From: an uncultured Rikenellaceae bacterium
GTDB taxonomy: Bacteria > Bacteroidota > Bacteroidia > Bacteroidales > VadinHA17
NCBI GenBank assembly: GCA_963696805.1
Contig: CAVOLF010000006.1
Location: 167,023-231,022 of the forward strand
Direction: 5' to 3'
DNA length: 64,000 bases
Under the pieces are notes generated by a model that saw only the letters and a program-made list of their open reading frames with translations, had not been told where the DNA came from and did not search any database. Every line of letters starts with the position of its first letter. The first letter of the stretch is position 1. Positions 28,840 through 38,666 of this stretch are shown here, piece after piece. The position numbers and the translations under genes are program-made.

Positions 28840-28947
28840 TTTGTCAGATATTGGTTGAAAGTTGATGAAGCAATCCGGGTACTCCCGAAAAGAGCCCCCT
28901 GATAAGCAAAATTAACATTAAATTTATAAGTTCAATGATCATCAACA

Positions 28948-29946
28948 ATGAAGCTTTGGGAAAAACATGAAAATGATGACAAGCTGAAATGTCTTCTCTG
29001 CCCCCATTCGTGCCTGATATCCCCGGGCGGAAGAGGAGTGTGCGGCGTGAGAGAGAATCGTGGCGGTGAAGTGTTGCCGGTCACATATGGTGTCATTTCA
29101 GGCTTTGCCCTCGACCCGATAGAGAAGAAACCGCTGTATCATTTCTTCCCGGGCAGTTCCATATTGTCAGTGGGATCATATGGATGCAACCTTAAATGCG
29201 ACTTTTGCCAGAATTTCCACATTTCACAAGATGTTCACCCCGGCAGTTCACGGCATATGTCACCGGAGGAGCTTGTCAGACAGGCCCTAACGGCTCCGGG
29301 TAACAGCGGCCTGGCCTACACCTACAATGAACCGGTGATCTGGTTTGAATATGTCAATGACTGTGCAAGCCTGGCAGCTGCTGAGGGTCTTCATAACGTG
29401 ATGGTCACCAACGGGTACGTTAACGGTGATCCGCTTGCTGAACTGATCAAGGTCATTGATGCATTCAACATCGACCTGAAAGCCTTCAGCAATGAATTTT
29501 ACAGACGGTACGCTGGAGCCACGCTCGGACCCGTGCTGGAGGCTATAAAAATGGTTGCATCCTCAGGAAGGCATCTCGAGATAACAACCCTCATCATCCC
29601 GGGCCTGAACGACTCGGAAGATGAGATAAGGCGGGAAGCTGAATGGATTGCGTTGAACGCCGGCAGACGCGTGCCCCTGCACCTGAGCCGTTATTTCCCC
29701 ATGTACAGGAGGAGCAGCCCTCCCACCCCTGCGGAAACAATACTGAGACTGAAAGAGATCGCGAATGAATATCTTGATTTTGTTTATACAGGTAACCTGG
29801 CGGGAACAGAATCGGGCAGCGACACCCTGTGCCCGTCATGTCACTCTGTGATTGTAAGCAGAGCGGGTTATAATACTACGGTGACGGGCCTCTCGGACGA
29901 CGGCCGGTGTATGAATTGCAATGCGGAAATAATGAGATGGGTGTAA
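28948..29946 (+). CDS. amrS: AmmeMemoRadiSam-system radical SAM enzyme (PFL-activase-like)
   Basis: N-terminal Cys cluster CLLCPHSCLISPGGRGVCGVR. Radical-SAM CX3CX2C motif (GCNLKCDFCQN). Length and layout match the family. Confidence 0.8.
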   Translation: MKLWEKHENDDKLKCLLCPHSCLISPGGRGVCGVRENRGGEVLPVTYGVISGFALDPIEKKPLYHFFPGSSILSVGSYGCNLKCDFCQNFHISQDVHPGSSRHMSPEELVRQALTAPGNSGLAYTYNEPVIWFEYVNDCASLAAAEGLHNVMVTNGYVNGDPLAELIKVIDAFNIDLKAFSNEFYRRYAGATLGPVLEAIKMVASSGRHLEITTLIIPGLNDSEDEIRREAEWIALNAGRRVPLHLSRYFPMYRRSSPPTPAETILRLKEIANEYLDFVYTGNLAGTESGSDTLCPSCHSVIVSRAGYNTTVTGLSDDGRCMNCNAEIMRWV

Positions 29947-29949
29947 GAG

Positions 29950-30250
29950 TCGAAAGTATGTAAAGTCAAAATTCTGAAGGCCTTAGGTCTGAAGGTCAGA
30001 GGTCTGAGTTCTGAGCTCGAAGGTCAGAGGTCTGAGGGATTTGCGAATTGCGATTTGCGAATTTTGCATAATCGACAATCGAAAATCTGAAATCGAAAAT
30101 TCCTCTATTGCCTCCCCTGCAATCTGGCTGCTTAGCTAAAATGGCCCGCCAGCTGGCGGATCACTTCTTAACGCTCGCCCCTCTACTGCCTAAAATGACT
30201 GCCGACTGAGGACTGGTTTTGACTGCCGACTGAAGACTGAGGACTGTCGA
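29950..30250. repeat. 301-nt mosaic of heptamer word arrays
   Basis: Blocks read directly: AAGTC block 29949-29971, (G)GTCTGA(A/G) block 29973-30037, TTGCGAA/TTGCGAT block 30039-30066, ATCGAAA block 30070-30100, GACTGNN x7 at 30197-30251, and a central 14-bp palindrome CCGCCAGCTGGCGG at 30146-30159. The mosaic fills the whole convergent spacer. Confidence 0.85.
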
Positions 30251-30538
30251 CTAACCTTTAGAGATCTTACTGAGCCGTTCGAAATAGCCGTCTACCTTTT
30301 CAAGGAGGTCTTTCTGCAAGGTAGTGTAGTAGGCCTTGACCAGTGCCGGATTGTCTTTTCCATCAGGGTTGTTGACCCTGTCAATGAAATCATTGCGCAT
30401 ACTCACTGCCTCTTCTATCAGATCCTGTACTTCTTTTTTCTTTGGGCCTTCATGGAGGCTTGTGAACATGAAGCAGTCGGAGATAAGTTCAAAAAAGAGA
30501 TAGTCTATATCCTTCTTAAGGTTTTTTATACTGGCCAT
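30251..30538 (-). CDS. small hypothetical protein (95 aa, helical, charged)
   Basis: ORF directly downstream of the class IV aminotransferase on the same strand. A CAAAGATA (TAnnTTTG on the minus strand) box lies at 30555-30562. No family recognised. Confidence 0.55.
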   Translation of the reverse strand: MASIKNLKKDIDYLFFELISDCFMFTSLHEGPKKKEVQDLIEEAVSMRNDFIDRVNNPDGKDNPALVKAYYTTLQKDLLEKVDGYFERLSKISKG

Positions 30539-30566
30539 TGATATTGCTTTTGTGCAAAGATAAATA

Positions 30567-31403
30567 TTAATCTTTGCTTTTACTCAACTTATAATTCCGG
30601 ATGCTCTCCCCGGCCAGACCGGCATATAACCGGCGAAGCCTTTCTGTAACAGGGTTGTAAGCCTCATACTGTTGTTTTTCAATGCAATTCACCGGCAGCA
30701 CCATCGGTGAAGTGCCGGTGATGAACACCGAAGTGAAATGAGCAATCTCAGATTCATCCACAGCCGCATACACCAGTTCAAGCCCCTCCTGCCTGATGAT
30801 ATCAGTGACATACCGGCGTGTTATTCCTGAAAGAACCATTTTATCAGGGGCCGTGTGAATTGCGCCATTGCCCGTGACAAAGAACACATTCGACCTGCTT
30901 CCCTCAGTGATTAAGCCATCATGGTTGACGAGCAGCGCCTCATAGGCCTTCTTCCTGGCCAGCGCTTCATTCACCGACAGACGAAGCCGGTTATTCAGAA
31001 GCTTAACCCCCGGATCAAACCGTTCTGCATGGTATAATATCAGCCTGACGCCCGTGGTGACCATCGCAGTATCAGGGTAAGAAGAGGGAATATAGCATAT
31101 ATGCAACGAATAGTCCTGCCCGGTGAAAGTAACCCTCACCCGCACATTTATCTCCGGGAACGACTGCAAGGCTACGAGAGCATCAAGACCCTCCCTGACC
31201 CGTGAAGAAATATCTCCGCCGCTTTCATATCTTGTTGATATGCCGTCACTCAGACGCTTCATGTGATCATCAAAGAAAAGAGGGATGCCCTCCCGGGTCC
31301 TGATCACCTCGTAAAAGGAGACCTCGCCGGAAACGATCTCATCATCATGATCAGCAGGTATGATGATGCCATCGAGATAATAATAATCACCGAAGCATTC
31401 CAT
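30567..31403 (-). CDS. aminotransferase class IV (fold-type IV PLP enzyme; ADC-lyase/BCAT/D-aminotransferase-like)
   Basis: 278 aa. EGSRSNVFFV and SGITRRYV motifs are typical of class IV aminotransferases. Confidence 0.8.
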   Translation of the reverse strand: MECFGDYYYLDGIIIPADHDDEIVSGEVSFYEVIRTREGIPLFFDDHMKRLSDGISTRYESGGDISSRVREGLDALVALQSFPEINVRVRVTFTGQDYSLHICYIPSSYPDTAMVTTGVRLILYHAERFDPGVKLLNNRLRLSVNEALARKKAYEALLVNHDGLITEGSRSNVFFVTGNGAIHTAPDKMVLSGITRRYVTDIIRQEGLELVYAAVDESEIAHFTSVFITGTSPMVLPVNCIEKQQYEAYNPVTERLRRLYAGLAGESIRNYKLSKSKD

Positions 31404-31481
31404 GACCTCTCAAATTACACCAAATTTATGAATAATTCGATGCAGCATTAAAAGTAATTATCTTAGTGCTTTCATGCAAAA

Positions 31482-32846
31482 GTGTACGCAGTTATTGACA
31501 TAGAGACCACCGGGGGAAGTGCCAGGCATGAAAGGATTACCGAGATAGCCGTCTATATTCATGATGGCAGCCAGATTGTTGAGGAGTACTCCACCCTGGT
31601 CAACCCGGAGCGTAACATCCCGTATTTCATAACTTCATTGACCGGTATCACCAATGAGATGGTCGAGGATGCCCCGAAATTCTTCGAAGTGGCGAAAAGA
31701 ATTGTGGAGCTCACTGAAGGGAAAGTATTTGTTGCACATAATGCCAGGTTTGACTATTCTTTTATCAGGCAGGAATTCGGAATGCTGGGATACAATTTCA
31801 GGAGGCCGCTGATCGACACTGTATCGCTCAGCAGAAAACTGCTGCCCGGTCACAGGTCATACAGCCTGGGAAACCTGTGCAAGGATCTTGGAATTGAGAT
31901 AAATGGCAGACACAGGGCTTCCGGCGACGCTATGGCCACTGTAAGGCTCCTTGAGCTCCTCCTGGAAAAGGACAGGGCACTGAAATCGGGCAGTCTGATC
32001 AGGAACAGGAAAGCAGCAAAACTTCACCCGTCGCTTGACACGGCACGACTGGCAGATATTCCTGAGGAGGCGGGCATCTACTATTTTTACGATGAGAAGG
32101 GTGAAGTCATTTATGTCGGCAAGAGCCGCAATCTCAGCCAGAGGGTTAACACCCACCTGTCAAACAACACATCGGGAAGGGCCATGGAAATGAGATCGCA
32201 GATAGCCGACATATCATGGGAGCGTACCGGCAGCGAGCTGATAGCCCTTCTCCTTGAGTCGGCAGAGATCAAGAGCAGGAAGCCCCTCTACAACAGGGCT
32301 CAGCGGCGCACGGGTTTCCGCTGGGGCATCTACAGTCATACTGATGAACAGGGCTACATCAGGTTTGAATACCGCAACGTCGATGATGAGGAGGTCCCGC
32401 TGTCTCTCTTTTCATCACGTGACAAAGCCAGGGGTAAGCTGGAACAGATAATCAGTGAATTCACCCTTTGCCAGAAGCTGTCAGGGATGTATGAGACTGA
32501 TGGGCCCTGCTTTCACAGGCAGGTAAGCCTCTGCAGGGGAGCATGCTGCGGCGGGGAAGAGCCCGGATCATACAATGAAAGGGCACTCATGGCTCTTGAT
32601 GAATTCATATTCAGGGAGAGAAACTTCTTCATAATTGACCGCGGCCGCGACAGTGAGGAGAGGTCTGTTGTTAAGATCGTCAACGGCAAATATGAGGGCT
32701 TCGGATTCTTCAATATAAATGACGTAGGATTCGGACTGACGGCAGTGCACGACTGCATCCGGAGGGCTGCCGACAACCGCGACATACATGTTATTATCAA
32801 GAGCTACCTTAAAAATCATCGTGTTGAGAGAATTATTGATTTCTGA
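31482..32846 (+). CDS. DnaQ-like 3'-5' exonuclease fused to a GIY-YIG (UvrC/Cho-like) nuclease domain
   Basis: GTG start. YAVIDIETTGG (Exo I), HNARFDYSF (Exo II) and HRASGDA (Exo III). GIY-YIG motif GIYYFYDEKGEVIYVGKSRNLSQRVNTH. Confidence 0.85.
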   Translation: MYAVIDIETTGGSARHERITEIAVYIHDGSQIVEEYSTLVNPERNIPYFITSLTGITNEMVEDAPKFFEVAKRIVELTEGKVFVAHNARFDYSFIRQEFGMLGYNFRRPLIDTVSLSRKLLPGHRSYSLGNLCKDLGIEINGRHRASGDAMATVRLLELLLEKDRALKSGSLIRNRKAAKLHPSLDTARLADIPEEAGIYYFYDEKGEVIYVGKSRNLSQRVNTHLSNNTSGRAMEMRSQIADISWERTGSELIALLLESAEIKSRKPLYNRAQRRTGFRWGIYSHTDEQGYIRFEYRNVDDEEVPLSLFSSRDKARGKLEQIISEFTLCQKLSGMYETDGPCFHRQVSLCRGACCGGEEPGSYNERALMALDEFIFRERNFFIIDRGRDSEERSVVKIVNGKYEGFGFFNINDVGFGLTAVHDCIRRAADNRDIHVIIKSYLKNHRVERIIDF

Positions 32847-32873
32847 ATGACCGTAATGCGATGCTTTTCTTAA

Positions 32874-32881
32874 TATATTTG
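32874..32881 (+). promoter_or_regulatory. -7 promoter box TATATTTG
   Basis: Exact TAnnTTTG match 24 nt upstream of the DUF47 start at 32905. Confidence 0.45.
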
Positions 32882-32904
32882 TCTTAAACCACAACTTTCA
32901 TCAG

Positions 32905-33555
32905 ATGTCTCTTTTCACCCGTACAACAAGGGAGCTGGCAGTAAGAATCGATGAATTCTTTGACACCATTGAGATAGGCATACTTATCTTCAAGGAGGGT
33001 GTCAAGGCCTATGTCAAAGGTGATCACAATGCCTTTCAGAACCATCTCTCCAGGATAGACGAACTTGAAGGCAGAGCCGACAAGCTACAGAGAAGCATAG
33101 AGAATGACATGATAGTTCACTCTATCCTTCCTCACCAGAGGAGCGAAATAGTCAAGCTGCTCTGGCAGCTCGATGAGATTATTGACACTGCCAAGAAATC
33201 GCTGAACGAATTCTATGTCGAGATGCCGCATATACCGGCATCACTGGTAAATGAGTTCATATCACTGGCCGAAGTGTCAGGCAATGCCGCTGAAGAACTT
33301 CTGCCTGCCGCGAGGGCTTTTTTCCGTGAACCCCATCTCGTCAGGGAGAAACTCATCAAGGTCTATTTCTTCGAGAGGGAGACCGATAAGGCTGCGTTCC
33401 AGATGAAGAAGAGGGTCTTTCATGAGATGAATGATCTCTCCCTGGCTGAGAAGGCTCACATAAGGTATATTACCCACCACATTGAAAATATTTCCGACTC
33501 CGCCCAGGCGGCGGCTGACCTCCTTGCCTCCATGGCCATAAGGCAAATGCTCTGA
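32905..33555 (+). CDS. DUF47-family (PhoU-like) phosphate transport regulator
   Basis: 216-aa helical protein immediately upstream of a PiT transporter, a conserved pairing. Confidence 0.8.
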   Translation: MSLFTRTTRELAVRIDEFFDTIEIGILIFKEGVKAYVKGDHNAFQNHLSRIDELEGRADKLQRSIENDMIVHSILPHQRSEIVKLLWQLDEIIDTAKKSLNEFYVEMPHIPASLVNEFISLAEVSGNAAEELLPAARAFFREPHLVREKLIKVYFFERETDKAAFQMKKRVFHEMNDLSLAEKAHIRYITHHIENISDSAQAAADLLASMAIRQML

Positions 33556-33557
33556 TC

Positions 33558-34757
33558 ATGATCTTTCTCTTCCTCACCAGCGGCCTTTTTCTCGGGTGGA
33601 CCCTCGGGGCCAATGATGCAGCCAATGTGTTCGGTTCCGCCGTCGGGTCAAGGATGGTATCCTTTGCCAGGGCTGCTGTCATCGCCTCAGTCTTTGTTAT
33701 CCTTGGCGCCGTGCTTCAGGGTGCAGGGGCATCCGACACTCTGGGCCGGCTCGGATCAGTCAATGCCATGGGAGGCGCATTTACAGTAGCCCTGGCCGCA
33801 GGTCTGACAGTCTTTTTCATGACCAGGGCCGGATTGCCTGTCTCAACCACCCAGGCTATTGTAGGCGCAATCATCGGATGGAATTATTTCACCGACAATG
33901 CTGTCGACACCAGGGCACTGACGCAGATCATAATTACATGGATAACGGGACCTGTTCTGGGCGCCCTCTTCGCCTACGGGCTCTATCACCTTGTCAAGAT
34001 CACCCGGAGGAGGATAAAAGTGCACCTCCTCAAATATGAATCATACCTCAGAACCGGACTGATGATCGCAGGCGCCTTCGGAGCCTACAGCCTCGGCGCA
34101 AACAACATCGCAAACGTAATGGGGGTGTTCGTGCCGAGTATCCCCCTCGATGATGCCAACTTCGGAATCTTCACCCTTACAGGGGCCCAGCAGCTCTTCT
34201 TCCTTGGCGCTGTTGCCATCGCAGCCGGCATACTGACATTCTCCAAAAAGGTGATGCAGACCATCGGCAACAACCTCCTGGAACTATCATCCGAAGCGGC
34301 CTTCGTGGTTGTGCTGTCACAGGCTCTGGTGCTGTTCATCTTCTCATCATCCGCACTATCAGGCCTTATGGTAAGGATAGGCCTCCCTCCCATCCCGATG
34401 GTGCCTGTATCAAGCACACAGGTGGTGGTCGGGTCAGTACTGGGCATAGGGCTTTACAAGGGTATCAGGAACATCAACCTGAAATTACTGGGAAGTATCG
34501 CATCAGGCTGGATAACCACGCCTGTTGCAGCCGGTCTTCTATCCTTCTTCCTCCTGTTTTTCGTCAGGAACCTGTTCGGGGTAGAGGTTGGTTATTCTGT
34601 CAACCCTTCATCGCCGGCGACCGAAGGACTGGGGACCGCTGTAATCGTAAGGTACAGCATCATCATACTGCTGGTGATCGTCTCCGTATACCTGGTCTAC
34701 ATGGTGCTGGCAGAGAAGAGGAAGACGGAACGGATGAACAAAAAATATTACGATTAA
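33558..34757 (+). CDS. inorganic phosphate transporter, PiT (PHO4) family
   Basis: GANDAANVFGSAVGS near the N-terminus and GANNIANVMG in the second half, the duplicated PiT signature. Polytopic. Confidence 0.9.
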   Translation: MIFLFLTSGLFLGWTLGANDAANVFGSAVGSRMVSFARAAVIASVFVILGAVLQGAGASDTLGRLGSVNAMGGAFTVALAAGLTVFFMTRAGLPVSTTQAIVGAIIGWNYFTDNAVDTRALTQIIITWITGPVLGALFAYGLYHLVKITRRRIKVHLLKYESYLRTGLMIAGAFGAYSLGANNIANVMGVFVPSIPLDDANFGIFTLTGAQQLFFLGAVAIAAGILTFSKKVMQTIGNNLLELSSEAAFVVVLSQALVLFIFSSSALSGLMVRIGLPPIPMVPVSSTQVVVGSVLGIGLYKGIRNINLKLLGSIASGWITTPVAAGLLSFFLLFFVRNLFGVEVGYSVNPSSPATEGLGTAVIVRYSIIILLVIVSVYLVYMVLAEKRKTERMNKKYYD

Positions 34758-34859
34758 TCCTGCAATCAGGGCGCCACGATGGGGTTGGCCGCATAGTGGC
34801 GCAATAATTAAAGCAGAGGTGTTAGATTCTGCGCCTCTGCCTGCATAATGTCTTCTTTT

Positions 34860-36912
34860 TCAATTAACCGGGAGAAATGAATATCTCTTCCCGTATTCCA
34901 TCATCTGCCCCAGGTAGTCAGAGCAATATTCAATCTTCACATCGATGATTTTTCCCGCTGCATCTGTTACCGTTGTCATCGAGGGATTTACGAATCCGCT
35001 GTAGGGGGCAATATCCAGCTTCGCGTACCGGGCCAGTATCTCACGGTGCAGATCCTGATCGATCTTCACCCCGTAATTTTCAATCAGATCTTTTCCAGCC
35101 ACGAAATCACCTTCCGACTTGATGCGCTGAACCTCTTTCAGCATCACGCCAAACAGCATCCGTAGCTTTTCGTAGTCAGTGATCGTCACATAGGTCTGGT
35201 CATCACTTTCCACCAGTCATGACATTGTCAGGTGCGCCCTTTTGATATACCCAGTGAGATATTGCCGAACGGCAGCGCATGTGGGCCTGTTCAATGTCCT
35301 TTCCGGGTGTTATCCGGACGATCTGCGTAAGTAGTCCGTTGCGGATGTAATTGTCATACTGTGCTTTTGCCGGTTTCAGAAGGGATCAGTCCAATTTCGG
35401 TCAGTTTGGGGTCCATCAGGAAATAAAGTGCGAAGAGATCTGCTCTCATCTCCTCAAGGGGAGAGGAGTAGTTCTTGAGGGCATTCGGATCAGTTCCCGG
35501 AGCCAGTTTGCCGCTGGCATGGCCAATGCATTCGTGAAGGTCGGTATGAAGAGCATCAGCGAGTGATCCGTGTTGTAGCCCGTTTTATCTCAGCCTCGTC
35601 AAAGGCAAATTCCTCCAGGAAGCCGCTGCCACGTGCCATATGTCCTTTGCATCGGTTATGTTTGCAAGGGTGACTGACTTCGACCCGGTTTCCGTCCTTA
35701 TCCAGTTGGAATTCGGAAGGTTTATCCCCAGCGGAGAGGCCGGATAACAGTCACCGCCGAGCATCGCCACGTTAATGACGCTGGCAGCAACGCCGGTGAC
35801 CTTCTCCTTGCGGTATTGCGGGGCAACAGGTGAGTTGTCCTCGAACCACTGCGCATTAGCGGTGATCAGTGCAGTGCGCTTTGATGCCTCAATGTCCTTG
35901 TAATCGACCACTGACTCCCAGGTGGCCTTCATGCCCAGCGGGTCACCGTAAGTCTCGATAAATCCATTGATATAGTCAACGGAGAGGTCAGTATTGCCTG
36001 CCCACACTACGTTGTACTCATCCCAGGTCTTCAGGTCACCTGTCTTGTAGTAGTCAATGAGCAGCCCAAGCTCGCTTCTTCTGGGTCTCGCTCAGCGCCA
36101 CTTCACGAGCCTTCTCAAGGTATGTGATGATGCGGTCGATGGCCTCTCCATAGAGCCCTCCGCTCCGGTAAGGTATCTCGGTCACCTTCCCGTCGACCTT
36201 AACCACCTTGGTGTTCAGTCCCCATGATACAGGGGTCGTGTCAGCTGGATCGGCCAGGGACCCGTAATAGTTTTCGACTTCCGCCTGGGTAACCCCCTCG
36301 TAGAAGTTGTTGGCCGAGGAGACGATCATGTCAGCTCCCTCTGTCTGATCAACGCCTTCTGGAGTATAGCTCCGGGTCAAAGAGCACCGGAGTTAGCATC
36401 GCAGTGAGATCATCGGCCGTCTCTTCCTCCCTGAGAGGAAGGAGCCCCGGGTCGGTATCGCTGACCAGGGCCGCAAAATAATCCCGTGAAAATCCCGGAA
36501 CGAACTTGTCACCGGAATAATGATGGTGTATGCCGTTGGCAAAGAAGACCCTTTTGGCATAGGTGATGAATGATTGATACTCTTCCGCCTCCCTGTCGCC
36601 GCCGTATGAGGCGATTATGGCCTCGATGGTCTTCCGTATGACAAGGTTATACCTGAAATTCTGGTCCCACAGTATGTCACGCCCGCAGAGGGCGGCCTCG
36701 GAGAGATAGTATATGAACTCCTTCTCACCTGCCGACAGCTGTTCAAACCCCGGCAGGCGATACCTGAGCACGCTGATATCTTCAAATCTGTCAACCTCAT
36801 ATGTAAATTCTTCATTCACGGCAGCCTTCCTGCCTGATTCCCCGCATGATGTAAAGAGTGCTATTCCCATAGACGCAAATGTGACTATTAATAAGATTTT
36901 CCTCATGACCAT
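34860..36912 (-). pseudogene. M49 dipeptidyl-peptidase III lipoprotein, broken by at least 6 frameshifts
   Basis: DPP3-like sequence runs through five listed ORFs or frames plus unlisted frames. N-terminus has lipobox LFTSC. The zinc motifs HECIGHASGK and EEMRADLFALY are intact at about 35440-35535. Frame changes lie near 36365, 36065, 35635, 35575, 35378 and 35220. The total span of 2053 nt equals a full-length gene. Confidence 0.8.
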
Positions 36913-37039
36913 GATTGTTATTTTGGACGAACTAAGGTAGCAAAATACCCGTTGATCTGTCGTCAGTTTTCATAATTATTAAGATCTGCCTCACCTTTAA
37001 GGATATATTCTTAATTTTGAACATCACAAGACGCGAATC

Positions 37040-38370
37040 ATGAATAAATTCTTCTTTTCTGCTCTTCTGCGCTGCTTCTGTGCATCTCAGTGCTCCTCTG
37101 CAGGCCAGGATCTCAACCTTCTTATCAGAAAGGAGGCCACCACCTCTGTTCCTGCCGCTGAGCAAATGTACCGGGAGTTGCATCAGAATCCCGAGCTCTC
37201 ACTTCAGGAATTTAAAACGGCTGAAAAAATGGCCCTGGCTCTTGAAAAAATGGGATTCGATGTAACAAAAGGGGTAGGCGGAAACGGCGTTGTGGGCGTT
37301 TTCCGGAATGGTACAGGGCCTGTGGTGATGCTCAGGACTGACATGGATGCCCTGCCGGTGAGGGAGACCACCGGTGTCTCATGGGCAAGCACGGTCACCG
37401 TAACGACGACCGCGGAATGGAGACACCTGTGATGCACGCATGCGGGCATGATTTTCACATGACCGTCTGGCACGGGACTCTGTCTGCCCTTGTGGCACTC
37501 AGGAGCAGGTGGAAGGGAACGATAATGGCAGTAGCTCAGCCTGCCGAGGAAGTCAGCGGAGGATCGGACCAGATGATCAGAGACGGACTCTACAGCAGAT
37601 TCCCGCTGCCAGACTATGCGTTGTGCTATCATGTCAGCCCTGACCTTCCTGCAGGGACAACAGGGTATTTCCCGGGACCAATTTTTGCCGGGGTCAACTC
37701 GGTAGACATGAAGGTCTACGGAATTGGCGGCCACGGTGCCATGCCACATAAAACAATAGATCCTATTGTCCTTTCAGCCAAGATAATCCTCGACTACCAG
37801 ACAATCGTCAGCCGGGAGATCAATCCGGTCTCCCCGGCAGTGATAACGGTAGGTTCAATCCATGGAGGAACAAAGCATAACATCATCCCGGAGGAGGTGG
37901 AGATGAAACTCACACTGAGGTTCTTCTCCGACGATGTCTACCGGCAGATCAGGCAGGCGGTTGTCCGGATAGCCAACGGCCATGCTTTGGCCGCAGGCCT
38001 GCCGCAGGATAAGTGGCCGGTAATAAGCTTCGGAAAAGATTCCACACCTCCTGTTGAAAATGACGCCGGCCTGGTCAACATGGCTGTAGCATCTATGGAA
38101 AAGGCGCTCGGAAAGGACAATGTTCTGCGGGTGGATCCATGCACCGTGGCGGAGGACTTCGGCAAGTACGGCCGCACGGATGAGAAGGTAAAAATCGCCC
38201 TCTTCTGGCTGGGTGTAGCCAACAGGGAGAAATATGAGAAGAGCATTGCAGAAGGAACCATGCTCCCTGCACTTCACAGCAGCAACTTCCTGCCTGATTT
38301 CGTGCCCGCATATACCACCGGAGTGACCGCTATGAGCCTGACGATGATAGACCTGTTCAACTCGAAATGA
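37040..38370 (+). pseudogene. M20-family amidohydrolase (M20D/hippurate-hydrolase-like) with one frameshift
   Basis: The 130-aa N-terminal ORF (signal; DMDALPV) continues in the -1 frame as NDDRGMETPVMHACGHDFHM (the M20D metal-binding motif). The junction is near 37395-37405. Confidence 0.75.
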
Positions 38371-38376
38371 AATCCA

Positions 38377-38578
38377 CAGTCTTCAGTCGGCAGTCGGCAG
38401 TCGGCGAAGTCCACTGTCTGAAGGTCTGAAGTCAAAAGGTCTTGCCGGCCTGCAGTCTAAAATTCTAATTATCAGTTCGCAAATCTTAATTCTTAATTTC
38501 ACTACTGCCTATAGTCTCTTGCCTATTGCCTGACTTGACTGAGGACTGAGGACTGAGGACTGAGGACTGTAGACTGAC
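38377..38578. repeat. mosaic of heptamer word arrays
   Basis: Blocks read directly: CAGTCTT/CAGTCGG x3 (38377-38404), GTCTGAAG x2 (38416-38431), AT-rich TTCTAAT/TCTTAAT words (38458-38500), TACTGCC/TATTGCC words (38501-38530), GACTGAG x4 + GACTGTA + GACTGAC (38537-38578). Lies in the convergent spacer between the genes ending at 38370 (+) and 38667 (-). Confidence 0.85.
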
Positions 38579-38666
38579 CTTCACAGGCCAAGCATGTCCA
38601 TGACCCCGTTGATGAAGGTCAGCGGATGTGCAGGGTGCCCGGAGATGGTATGAACAGGCTGTTCCG

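Noticed and set aside
29950-30250. Repeat-rich spacers (also 38377-38578 and 46724-46925) considered as CRISPR arrays
   Set aside because: Units are 6-9 nt tandem words with no 25-40-nt repeats separated by unique spacers. No cas genes are present in the window.
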